From positions 1,987-65,986 of the forward strand of contig CALWJW010000001.1 of the NCBI GenBank assembly GCA_944381095.1: a DNA stretch of 64,000 nt. Direction: 5' to 3'. The notes under the pieces were generated by a model, which was not told the origin of the DNA, searched no databases, and was given only the letters and a program-made list of their open reading frames with translations. Made by a program: the position numbers and the translations under genes. This stretch comes from an uncultured Clostridia bacterium. GTDB taxonomy: Bacteria; Bacillota; Clostridia; Oscillospirales; CAG-272. The stretch's first letter is position 1; each line of letters begins with the position of its first letter. Shown piece by piece: positions 31,427-39,938 of this stretch.

Positions 31427-33475
31427 ATGCAATTGCTTAAATATGTAAATGTTCTTCAAGGTACCAAAAGCAGCAGCAGATTTTCCTGCGGCAATACATT
31501 ACCGATGGTGCAGAGACCTTTCGGTATGGGCGGGTTTACGATTCAGACCAACGGAAAAAACGGAAACTGGTTTTTCAGTCCGGATGACCGGTGTGTGGAG
31601 GGAATAAGGCTGACTCATCAACCAAGCCCTTGGATCGGCGATTACGGGTGCGTTTGTTTTATGCCTCAGACTGATCAGGTGTATCCCACGGCAGAGAAAG
31701 GTTGGTCCAGTTACAGGCCTGATAAAGCAGTTATCAGACCGGATATTCTTGATGTGTTTTTGCTGAGATACAGAACCCGTCTGTTGCTTACACCTACGGA
31801 GAGAGGTGCGTTTGTACATATAAGTTATCCGGAAGACGCAGCTCCACGGTTTGCGATATTCCCGGTTTACGGCAACAGTTACTTCAAGGTGGAAGATGAA
31901 TTTACGGTTACGGGTTACACCGACGCACAGATGAGGAATGATGCGGTTGATTTCAGAATGCATTTCGTTTTCAGATTTGATTGCAGAATACTGACGGACA
32001 GATGTTATATTACAAATACCGACGGAAGCATGAAAAAAGGATTTGAAACTGACAGTACGGCTTGCGGAATAAATTTGGCGCTTGAAGGGAGTGATGTTAA
32101 CGTTCGGATAGCCTCTTCGTACATAAGTAAAAGTCAGGCTATGCTGAATCTGGAACGGGAAACAATGTACCCGGATTTTGAAAGTGCAAGAAAGGAAGCT
32201 GAGACGTCTTGGGAAAACAAGCTTACTCTGTTGACTGTTAAAACGGATTCCGAGGATTTGAAAAAGACTTTTTATTCCTGTCTTGCGAGAGTTTTCATGT
32301 ATCCGCACAAATCCTACGAAATAAACGGCAGCGGAGAAGAAGTACACTACTGTCCTCATAACGGAAAGGTAGGAAAAGGTAAGTATTACACAAACAACGG
32401 GTTCTGGGATACATACAGAACGGTATATCCGCTACTCTCGATTATAAGTCCGGAAGACTTTAAAGAAATACTCACAGGATTTATAAATATTTACAAGGAC
32501 ACCGGGTGGCTCCCGAGGTGGCCGGCGATAGGAGAAAACGGCTGTATGCCCGGAACGCTCATTGACGCAGTGATTGCCGATGCAGCGGTGAAAGGAATAA
32601 TTGACGGCGAACTTCTGAAAACGGCGTTCGAAGGGATGATAAAACATTCGACTGTCGCTTCGGGAAACGCCAGATACGGCAGAATAGGCGTTGAAGAATA
32701 CAACAGACTCGGATATGTTCCGAACTCAATACCGGAAAGCGTAAACAATTCGCTTGACAGCTACTACGGAGATTACTGCATATCCGCTGTTGCGGAAATT
32801 CTCGGAGAAAAAGATATCAGTGAAAAATATCTAAGAAGAAGCAAAGGGTACAATGTATTGTTCGACAAAGACTGGGGGCTTATGCGCAGTCTTGACAGCG
32901 AAGGAAAAAGAAAAGAAAGCTTTGATCCGTATGAGTGGGGAGGCGACTATACGGAAGGAAGCGCTTACCAGACGGTATTTTCTGTCTGTCATGACCTTGA
33001 AGGACTTGCACAGCTGTTTGGAAGTAAAGAAAAATTACTTTCAAAGCTTGACGGGATTTTCAGTCTCCCGCCGTATTTCAGAACAGGAAATTACGGCCGT
33101 GAGATACATGAAATGAGCGAAATGGCGGCGGTTGATTTCGGCCAATGCGCGATATCCAATCAACCGAGCTTCCATTATCCGTTCATCTATTCGTACTTCG
33201 GTGAAACGCAAAAAACTTCGGGTATTGTCAGGAAAATGGCAGAGGAGCTGTTTTCCTGGAAGGCGGACGGATTTCCGGGTGATGAGGACAACGGCTCAAT
33301 GTCAGCCTGGTTTGTTTTTGCCTGTATGGGAATTTATCCTGTTTGCCCCGGCAAAGCAGAGTATGCAGTATTCAGGGGTCTTGCCGACAAAGTATTCGTC
33401 AGAGGGTCTGAGGTGAAAACAGAGGAAGAAAAACACCGGATAAAGCATACTGAATATCTCGACAGCCTTGATTGA
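31427..33475 (+). CDS. GH92 family alpha-mannosidase; no signal peptide visible
   Basis: 682 aa with VNVLQGTKSS...CGNTLPMVQRPFGM, THQPSPWIGDYG, NNGFWDTYRTVYPL, NQPSFHYPFIYSY and PGDEDNGSMSAWFVFACMGIYPVCPG, which are typical GH92 blocks. Confidence 0.85.
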   Translation: MQLLKYVNVLQGTKSSSRFSCGNTLPMVQRPFGMGGFTIQTNGKNGNWFFSPDDRCVEGIRLTHQPSPWIGDYGCVCFMPQTDQVYPTAEKGWSSYRPDKAVIRPDILDVFLLRYRTRLLLTPTERGAFVHISYPEDAAPRFAIFPVYGNSYFKVEDEFTVTGYTDAQMRNDAVDFRMHFVFRFDCRILTDRCYITNTDGSMKKGFETDSTACGINLALEGSDVNVRIASSYISKSQAMLNLERETMYPDFESARKEAETSWENKLTLLTVKTDSEDLKKTFYSCLARVFMYPHKSYEINGSGEEVHYCPHNGKVGKGKYYTNNGFWDTYRTVYPLLSIISPEDFKEILTGFINIYKDTGWLPRWPAIGENGCMPGTLIDAVIADAAVKGIIDGELLKTAFEGMIKHSTVASGNARYGRIGVEEYNRLGYVPNSIPESVNNSLDSYYGDYCISAVAEILGEKDISEKYLRRSKGYNVLFDKDWGLMRSLDSEGKRKESFDPYEWGGDYTEGSAYQTVFSVCHDLEGLAQLFGSKEKLLSKLDGIFSLPPYFRTGNYGREIHEMSEMAAVDFGQCAISNQPSFHYPFIYSYFGETQKTSGIVRKMAEELFSWKADGFPGDEDNGSMSAWFVFACMGIYPVCPGKAEYAVFRGLADKVFVRGSEVKTEEEKHRIKHTEYLDSLD

Positions 33476-33530
33476 TCAGAAGAAGTGAGCAGAATGAGGT
33501 CAAGCTGCGGTATTATTCGGAAAAATACAT

Positions 33531-33578
33531 AAATACGCGCAGACAGACTGTTTAAAAACGGTCTGTCTGCGCGTATTT
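33531..33578. terminator. long hairpin between convergent GH92 and ruvX
   Basis: An 18-bp perfect stem AAATACGCGCAGACAGAC / GTCTGTCTGCGCGTATTT. The flanks are A/T-rich, but the T-runs are short. Confidence 0.55.
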
Positions 33579-33604
33579 CATACTGTGGACATGTAAGGAT
33601 AAAT

Positions 33605-34045
33605 TTAACGGAGGTTACTGCGACGGCTGTCGAGATAATCCTGAAGTATAATTTCAGCTGAAAGGTTGTCAATGACGGCTTTCCTTTTTTTACCTCTGGT
33701 GTCCGTCATATTGAGAATGCTGTGGGCAGCCATTGTAGTACAGCGTTCATCAAAAAGAACGGTAGGGATATCGCATATCTCGGCAAGCGCATCACGAAGC
33801 AGTTTTATTCTTTCAGAACTTTCTCCGATTGTGCCATTCATATTCACAGGGTTTCCTATTACAATCAGTTTTACGTTTTTTTCCAAAGCCTTTTCCCTGA
33901 TCGCGTTTGCGATCGGGTGGATGCCAGATACCTTGATGGTACACAAAGCGCTTGCGAGAAAACCGTTTTCATCGCTGACAGCCACTCCGGTTCTGACTGT
34001 GCCTACGTCTACGCCGAGGATTCTTCCGACAGGAAGTTTTTCCAT
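33605..34045 (-). CDS. ruvX: Holliday junction resolvase-like RuvX/YqgF
   Basis: 146 aa with RILGVDVGTVRTGVAVSD and DERCTT. The SD is AAGGAG. Confidence 0.9.
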   Translation of the reverse strand: MEKLPVGRILGVDVGTVRTGVAVSDENGFLASALCTIKVSGIHPIANAIREKALEKNVKLIVIGNPVNMNGTIGESSERIKLLRDALAEICDIPTVLFDERCTTMAAHSILNMTDTRGKKRKAVIDNLSAEIILQDYLDSRRSNLR

Positions 34046-34152
34046 AATATATCTCCTTGATTTAAGTAAAAAGTAAATCGGGTTAATGTTATGCAGTCAG
34101 AATGAAAGGACATTTCAGCAAATTTTAATACGTTGTGACATCCGGCTTAGAA

Positions 34153-34333
34153 TTAAGGCACCACCGCGCAATTCACGGCTCGCGCCTTGACCGCACAACT
34201 TTTTGCATCTTTTTCGCCAAACTGCACAAATCTCCTTGTCAATAGATCCACTATTGCCTGCGTCAATTTGGTTTGTTTGACGAAAAATCTGACGGCAGAT
34301 TTGCGCAGTCAGAATTGTGCGGTGTTGCCTTAA
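34153..34333. repeat. ~180-bp element bounded by 22-bp imperfect inverted repeats
   Basis: The left arm TTAAGGCACCACCGCGCAATTC (34153-34174) pairs with the right arm GAATTGTGCGGTGTTGCCTTAA (34312-34333): 20 Watson-Crick pairs, 1 G-T and 1 mismatch. A nested second pair is ACTGCACAAATCT (34221-34233) / AGATTTGCGCAGT (34297-34309). Confidence 0.8.
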
Positions 34334-34623
34334 ATTTTGGCAGAAAAATCATGAGAAAACTGCTGTACCCGAAGTGAAAAGCTGTACAGGAGTAAAACGA
34401 AAAGGACCATCTCAGGTTAATTCTCTTTGCGGATGCTGTCGTAACCGTCACATGTCAGACAGATTATTTTCGTTTTTTGATTTCCGTGTCAGTAAATTAT
34501 GAGACAAAGCGCTATGTTGACCGTTTGTCCGATTATAGTATATTACATTACACTTATTTTCCTACCTGTACTGATCAGCGTGTCAAAAAAAGCCGTGATT
34601 CTTCTAATTCAGAACTGCATTTT

Positions 34624-35559
34624 TCAAAATTTAATATTTCTTTCCGTCAAAAATTTGTTCAGCTCAGCATCAGTCGGAACCGATTCACCCGCACCCGTTC
34701 TGGAAACGGTAACTGCGGCAACAGCATTACCGAATCTGCACGCTTTTTCTATGCTTCCGGAGCGCACATATTCCAAAGTAAGAGCAGCGGTGAACGAATC
34801 GCCTGCGGCAGTTGTATCTTTGACCGGAACGCAGTAAGCCGGGAATAATTCGAGTGACGTTCCGTCTGACACGGCGGCGCCTCTCTTTCCGAGTTTGATC
34901 ACGTAATATTTTGCCGCTACCATTGATTTGAGTTTATTAACAGCCGCAACGCAGTTTTTTTCGGTGTCCGGTGAAATGCCTGTGAAAATCTCGGTTTCCG
35001 TTTCGTTGGGTGAAAATACGCAGACCGGCGAAAGAGCCCGTAGGTTGATATTTTTGTCGGCGGGACCGGCGTCGATAAACATAGGCACGCCTGCCTCGTA
35101 ACATAAGCGGGACAAATGAGTAACAGTTTCAAAAGGTATTTCAAAATGACAAAGAACAGCGTCCGGACAAGCTTTACCGAATGCATCGGCGGCGATTACG
35201 GGAGAAAGTGAAAGATTTGCGCCTGAAAAAACTGTAATCCGGTTAGCTCCGTCGTCCTCAACAGTGACAGTAGCCAGACCTGTCGGTCGATCCGAAGAGA
35301 AGCTTATGTAATCGGTACGCACAGACAGACTCTTGTAGAAATTCAAAAGAGCCTTGCCGTTTGAGTCGTTTCCAAGCGAAGCGCAGAAGTAAGACGATCC
35401 TCCCAGTTTGGCAACAGCTACGGCGGAATTTGCGCCTTTTCCGCCCGGTACATAGCAGTAATCTCTGCCGAAGACAGTCTGACCTTTCACCGGTGCGTCT
35501 TTGACTCTCATGTTCAGATCCATATTTGCCGAACTTACAGTAAGAATTTTGTACTGCAT
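34624..35559 (-). CDS. rbsK: ribokinase (PfkB family)
   Basis: 311 aa with GGKGANSAVAVAKLG and DTTAAGDSFTAAL. Confidence 0.8.
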   Translation of the reverse strand: MQYKILTVSSANMDLNMRVKDAPVKGQTVFGRDYCYVPGGKGANSAVAVAKLGGSSYFCASLGNDSNGKALLNFYKSLSVRTDYISFSSDRPTGLATVTVEDDGANRITVFSGANLSLSPVIAADAFGKACPDAVLCHFEIPFETVTHLSRLCYEAGVPMFIDAGPADKNINLRALSPVCVFSPNETETEIFTGISPDTEKNCVAAVNKLKSMVAAKYYVIKLGKRGAAVSDGTSLELFPAYCVPVKDTTAAGDSFTAALTLEYVRSGSIEKACRFGNAVAAVTVSRTGAGESVPTDAELNKFLTERNIKF

Positions 35560-35633
35560 AAAATTTCTCCGTAAAAAGTTATGTTGTTTGTTTTTAAAAC
35601 TGTTTCAGTAAGACGGACAGTATTTTTGCAGGC

Positions 35634-36740
35634 TCAACTGTTTTTGAAACAAAAATGTTCTTGAATCTGTGAAAAAACTGTTTCGGCTGTGGTGAAGTCT
35701 GAGGATTTGCAGCAGAAAGTAAGAAGGTAAATATATCCGCCGTTTATCAGCACGGTCTGACGGTATTTATATTCAGCGGCACCGGTTGTAACTGTGTAGA
35801 CATATGTTCTCGATGTATAACCGTCAAGCTTTGTTTCGGTGAATTTATTTTCAGGATTGTCAAAAGTGATGTTTCCGAATGTGGATTTGATATCTGACTC
35901 GTAACTGCTGAAAAAAGCGTCGTAATCAGTGCCGTTTGCTTCAAAGACGGTGACGCTGGCGGTAGTAGTCTTGTTTTCACTGTCAGATGCGGCGGTCATA
36001 CCGGTATTCATCAGCGGCGTCCAGTCAGACGGTACAAAAAGAATATAGTTGATGTGCTCTCCGGTCAGCGCTGAAAACCCTTCCGGTATATTTTCGACCT
36101 CTGTGAATTGCGCAGGCGGTGTCTTATCGGTCATAGGAATGGTTTCCGTAACCAATCTGAAATTATCATAGACCTGGGTAAGATCTTCAAGATGACTCTC
36201 AAACACCGATGAGGGTGCGCTGTACGTAATAATGAACAGATCCTTTGATTCGGGATGAACTACAAAAGCCTGTGCAAAACGGTAAATTGACTCTTCACCT
36301 TCAAGGCCCGGAAGTTTGAACGAATAATCGTATCTGTAAAGAGTACAGGAATTGTCTGCGACAAGCCGCGTCGTGTAATCCGGATCAGATTCCGACGATT
36401 TTATTATGGAAAAATCACTTACACTTGAAATGAAAGAAGATTTGTAATAATCCCAGTATTCAGTAACAGTCCTGTCCCCCACATCTTCTGCCGGAACGGT
36501 AATAAGGGTAATCATAGAATAGTCACGGTCAGAGTAATAGGCTGACGGAACTCCGGCAGAATCACTGACGTTCCAATACGAAGGAACATAGAGAATGGCG
36601 CCGTTTTCGCCCTCGTTACAGGGGCGCATTCCGTTGGGTGCGCCTTCATATCCCGGCTGGACGCTGCACGAAGCAAGAGAAACTGTAATAGCAGCGCAGA
36701 TAAGGCAAAGCGCCGTCAGTATTTTCACAAAATTTTTCAT
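35634..36740 (-). CDS. lipoprotein of unknown function with an internally duplicated domain
   Basis: 368 aa. The signal peptide with lipobox is LTALCLICAAITVSLASC. Two ~160-aa halves each begin I-L-[YF]-V-P-S-x-W. Confidence 0.7.
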   Translation of the reverse strand: MKNFVKILTALCLICAAITVSLASCSVQPGYEGAPNGMRPCNEGENGAILYVPSYWNVSDSAGVPSAYYSDRDYSMITLITVPAEDVGDRTVTEYWDYYKSSFISSVSDFSIIKSSESDPDYTTRLVADNSCTLYRYDYSFKLPGLEGEESIYRFAQAFVVHPESKDLFIITYSAPSSVFESHLEDLTQVYDNFRLVTETIPMTDKTPPAQFTEVENIPEGFSALTGEHINYILFVPSDWTPLMNTGMTAASDSENKTTTASVTVFEANGTDYDAFFSSYESDIKSTFGNITFDNPENKFTETKLDGYTSRTYVYTVTTGAAEYKYRQTVLINGGYIYLLTFCCKSSDFTTAETVFSQIQEHFCFKNS

Positions 36741-36851
36741 AATAGGTGTCCTTGATAGAAAAATATGTTACTATTATAGCACAAAATTTTAAAAATGTAA
36801 AGAAAGTTTTGTAAACAACTTGTCAGGGCGTCAAATTTTTTAATCCTGTAC

Positions 36852-36879
36852 TTGACAAAAGCCAAAAAGAGGGTATAAT
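36852..36879 (+). promoter_or_regulatory. candidate promoter of the DUF1858 gene
   Basis: TTGACA, a 16-nt spacer, TATAAT. Confidence 0.6.
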
Positions 36880-36913
36880 AGTGCTTGGAAAGTAAATGAA
36901 AGGAAAATGCGAT

Positions 36914-37111
36914 ATGACAATCAAAAAGGATACGATAATCGGTGAAATTCTTGACAATCATCCGGAAACCGAACCGATATTCATAGAAATTGGGATGTAC
37001 TGTCTGACTTGCCCCTGCTCAAGGATGGAAACAGTCGAGCAGGCTTGTGAAGTACACGGAACCGATGTTGAAGAGTTTGTCAAAAAGCTCAACGAATTTA
37101 TCGGCAAATAA
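36914..37111 (+). CDS. DUF1858 / hybrid-cluster-protein-associated redox disulfide domain protein
   Basis: This is ORF 36896..37111 with the start moved to MTIKKDTIIGEIL. It has the CLTCPC motif (GMYCLTCPCSRMETVEQAC). Confidence 0.7.
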   Translation: MTIKKDTIIGEILDNHPETEPIFIEIGMYCLTCPCSRMETVEQACEVHGTDVEEFVKKLNEFIGK

Positions 37112-37113
37112 GC

Positions 37114-37139
37114 AAAAGGACCGCAAAGCGGTCTTTTTA
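37114..37139 (+). terminator. intrinsic terminator
   Basis: AAAGGACCGC-aaa-GCGGTCTTTTT. Confidence 0.75.
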
Positions 37140-37241
37140 CTTTGATCGGCTTTAAATTCAGAAAAAGTTTTTCTGCGCCGGTGTTCCGACTTGTAAGAGA
37201 ATGCTTTCTTGCAGAAAAGAAAACATAATCGGGAGGATCAG

Positions 37242-37934
37242 ATGATCTCTACACTTAAAGACAGAAGAATGGCAAAGATAGCGGAAGCCGTGAGAGAGGG
37301 CGTAACGGTATTCGATATAGGTTCGGATCACGCACTGATACCGGTTTATCTGCTTAAAAGCGGAAAATGTCCGCGGGCAGTAATAACCGATATCAGTCGG
37401 AATTCTCTCGAAAAAGGACTGAAAAATGTGATAAAGGAAGGAGTTTCGGTACAAGTTGAAGCTGTATGTACTGACGGAACTCTCGGACTTGACTTACCGG
37501 ATGAAGCCGATATCATAATAGCCGGAATGGGAGGAGAGCTGATAGCGGAAATAATAAGCCGTGATGAGCGCCTGAAAGACAAACGTTACCGGCTAATACT
37601 TCAACCGATGACAAAAGTGCGTGAACTGCGGATTTATCTTTCTGAAAGCGGATTTTCGGATATAAAAGAGCAAAGAGTTTTATCTTGCGGTAAAATTTAC
37701 TGTGTTATCAGTTGCGGTTATACGGGAAGTAAAGAAAAAACCGGAGATAAAGAGGCTTATTTCGGTTACGGGTTCGATCGGACGCACAACGAAGACAGGC
37801 AATATGCGAAAAAAACATTGAATGATTTGAAACGGAAAATGGAAGGGCTGAAATCATCGGGAAAAACTGACAGCGAAGAACTGAATAAAACCGGAAAGCT
37901 TATATCATATCTCGAAAAAGAGCTTGACAGCTGA
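37242..37934 (+). CDS. trmK: tRNA (adenine22-N1)-methyltransferase
   Basis: This is ORF 37209..37934 with the start moved to ATG 37242, 5 nt after GGGAGG. It has DIGSDHALIPVYL and IIIAGMGGELI. Confidence 0.8.
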   Translation: MISTLKDRRMAKIAEAVREGVTVFDIGSDHALIPVYLLKSGKCPRAVITDISRNSLEKGLKNVIKEGVSVQVEAVCTDGTLGLDLPDEADIIIAGMGGELIAEIISRDERLKDKRYRLILQPMTKVRELRIYLSESGFSDIKEQRVLSCGKIYCVISCGYTGSKEKTGDKEAYFGYGFDRTHNEDRQYAKKTLNDLKRKMEGLKSSGKTDSEELNKTGKLISYLEKELDS

Positions 37935-37955
37935 ATTTTTTCGACTTGATTCTGC

Positions 37956-37984
37956 TTGACACAGTCATGGAATTGTGATATACT
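37956..37984 (+). promoter_or_regulatory. consensus promoter of smpB
   Basis: TTGACA, a 17-nt spacer, TGaTATACT. Confidence 0.7.
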
Positions 37985-38014
37985 CAACCGGTAAACAAGG
38001 GAAAGGAGACTGAT

Positions 38015-38482
38015 ATGCAGGCAGACAACGCAAAAAAAGTCATAACCACAAACAGAAAAGCTTATCACGATTATTTCGTTGAAGAAACGTTTGAAGCCGG
38101 TATAGAGCTGTACGGAACCGAAGTAAAAAGCATAAGGGCAGGTCAGGTAAACCTGAAAGATTCATATGCGATAATTGACGGCGGAGAGATTTACGTAACC
38201 GGTATGCATATAAGTCCGTATGAAAAAGGCAATATTTTCAACCGTAACCCTCTGCGTGACAAAAAACTTCTGATGCACAAAAAAGAGATACTCAGGCTGT
38301 CCGGAAAGGTGAGCAAGGACGGTCTTGCGCTGATTCCGCTTTCTCTTTATTTTTCCGGAAGCAGAGTAAAAGTAGAGCTTGGGTTGTGCCGTGGAAAAAA
38401 ATTGTACGACAAACGTGAAAGCGACGCAAAAAAACAGGCAGACAGAGATATAGAAAGATATTCAAAAACCTCCTACCGTTGA
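38015..38482 (+). CDS. smpB: SsrA-binding protein SmpB
   Basis: 155 aa with [24 protein letters not shown]. Confidence 0.95.
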   Translation: MQADNAKKVITTNRKAYHDYFVEETFEAGIELYGTEVKSIRAGQVNLKDSYAIIDGGEIYVTGMHISPYEKGNIFNRNPLRDKKLLMHKKEILRLSGKVSKDGLALIPLSLYFSGSRVKVELGLCRGKKLYDKRESDAKKQADRDIERYSKTSYR

Positions 38483-38516
38483 GTAACCTTTCCGGCAAAC
38501 CGAATAAAAAATGAAG

Positions 38517-38568
38517 AACAGGCTGCTCCTAAACCGCATTCAAAGAGGTTTAACGAGCAGCCTGTTTT
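38517..38568. terminator. hairpin shared by convergent smpB and the DUF1540 gene
   Basis: AACAGGCTGCTC / GAGCAGCCTGTT (12 bp) with inner stem TAAACC/GGTTTA, then TTTTG. Confidence 0.6.
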
Positions 38569-38605
38569 GCCATCAGCTATTTACAGATATCATTTGCCGA
38601 TATGA

Positions 38606-38806
38606 TCAGTTTTTCGGAGCAAATGAAGAACAGTCAACGCAACGGCATTCGGTGGGGTTTTTCTCGTGAGTGGTTATCTTGACCTTTTCGAGAGAACAAT
38701 AGTTCTCGCCGGTGCAATGATGAACGCATTCACATACTGTACAGCTGATCGACTTGTTAGGGGTGCAGCAGTTTTTTCCTGAGCAGGAATTTTCAGCTTT
38801 ATTCAT
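38606..38806 (-). CDS. DUF1540 cysteine-rich small protein
   Basis: 66 aa with two repeats of the C-x-V-x-x-C-x-H motif region (CTVCECVHHCTGENYC). The SD is AAGGAGG. Confidence 0.8.
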   Translation of the reverse strand: MNKAENSCSGKNCCTPNKSISCTVCECVHHCTGENYCSLEKVKITTHEKNPTECRCVDCSSFAPKN

Positions 38807-38892
38807 TGATACAACCTCCTTTTCTTCGGTTTGATTATATTATTTCACGCAAATTGCTGCTTTATTCAGCGAGCCAAAGAAACAAGTAACTC

Positions 38893-38921
38893 TTGACAAA
38901 ATAAATAAAGTTTGTTATATT
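38893..38921 (+). promoter_or_regulatory. candidate promoter of the isomerase gene
   Basis: TTGACA, a 17-nt spacer, TGtTATATT. Confidence 0.6.
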
Positions 38922-38996
38922 ATAGTTGCCGGATGGAGCAAGTTGAACAAACAGGCACATGCGGCAATAATAAACTATCTGAAACGGAGAAAAAAC

Positions 38997-39785
38997 ATGA
39001 AAGTCGGAGTACAGATGTATACCCTGAGAGATTATTGCAAGGATCTCGATAGTTTTTCGGAGACGCTCAAACGAATATCCGAAATGGGATTTTCTACGGT
39101 ACAGGTGTCAGGCACCTGCGCGTACCAGGCAGATTGGCTGAGAGACCGTCTGAAAGAGAACGGATTGACGTGTGACCTGACTCATTACAACTATGACAGG
39201 ATCATAAACGAAACGGAAGCGGTAATAGCCGAGCACAAAACTTTCGGATGCAAATACATAGGTGTAGGCTCTCTTCCCGGCATATTTTCGGGAGAGAAGG
39301 ACAAGATACCCGAATACTGCGCGGAATTTGTAAAAAAAGCGACTCCGGCTGCAAGAAAGATAGCCGAAAGCGGATGCTACTTTATGTACCACAACCACGA
39401 TGCCGAATATAAAAACAGCATAAACGGTGAAAATTGCATGAAATATCTTTCGGATAATTTTTCACCGGCAGAGATGGGATTTACTCTCGATACTTACTGG
39501 GTAAAATCAGGCGGATATGAGCCGGTAGACGAAATAAAGAGGCTGAAAGGAAGACTCCCCTGTGTCCACTTCAAGGACATGGCGGTCGAACCTGACGGAA
39601 CTAAGCATTTTACCTGGTGCGGCAACGGTATACTTGACTTTTCTTCGATAGGCGATGCATTAAAGGATGCGGGTACCGAATACATATTTATAGAGCAGGA
39701 TAAAACTTTCCGGTGCGAGCCTGATCCGTTCAGATGTCTCGAAAAAAGTAAAAAATATCTCGAATCGATCGGTTTTGATTTCTGA
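38997..39785 (+). CDS. sugar phosphate isomerase/epimerase (xylose-isomerase-like TIM barrel)
   Basis: This is ORF 38943..39785 with the start moved to MKVGVQMYTLRDY, which follows GGAGA. This is the typical AP-endonuclease-2/TIM family N-terminus. Confidence 0.75.
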   Translation: MKVGVQMYTLRDYCKDLDSFSETLKRISEMGFSTVQVSGTCAYQADWLRDRLKENGLTCDLTHYNYDRIINETEAVIAEHKTFGCKYIGVGSLPGIFSGEKDKIPEYCAEFVKKATPAARKIAESGCYFMYHNHDAEYKNSINGENCMKYLSDNFSPAEMGFTLDTYWVKSGGYEPVDEIKRLKGRLPCVHFKDMAVEPDGTKHFTWCGNGILDFSSIGDALKDAGTEYIFIEQDKTFRCEPDPFRCLEKSKKYLESIGFDF

Positions 39786-39938
39786 GATCGCATCGAATTT
39801 GAGGTGCGGGTTTCAACTTCGGTAAAGGTCCGCCGAATACTGAAATGTTTACCGGGAAAAGGCATAGATCCCGCGACATACTTTGCAAAAGAAAAGACCG
39901 ATAACGGCAGAGACGCGCATCCATAAGGGTGCAGTCTG

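Noticed and set aside
34263-34848. Small ORFs in the rbsK-ruvX spacer and antisense to rbsK (34263..34451, 34317..34502, 34477..34848, 34499..34837).
   Set aside because: They have no SDs, odd composition, and overlap the inverted-repeat element or the well-supported rbsK gene.
38483-38605. tmRNA (ssrA) next to smpB. I also examined recurring GGGGATGAC words at 6826, 13202 and 3596 (reverse complement) as possible tmRNA-like 5' ends or a dispersed motif.
   Set aside because: There is no TTCGAC-type 5' region, no tRNA-like 3' end (GGTTCGA..CCACCA) and no tag reading frame. With about 4e9 position pairs in 64 kb on both strands, chance 9-11-mer matches are expected in the hundreds, so the shared word is not significant.
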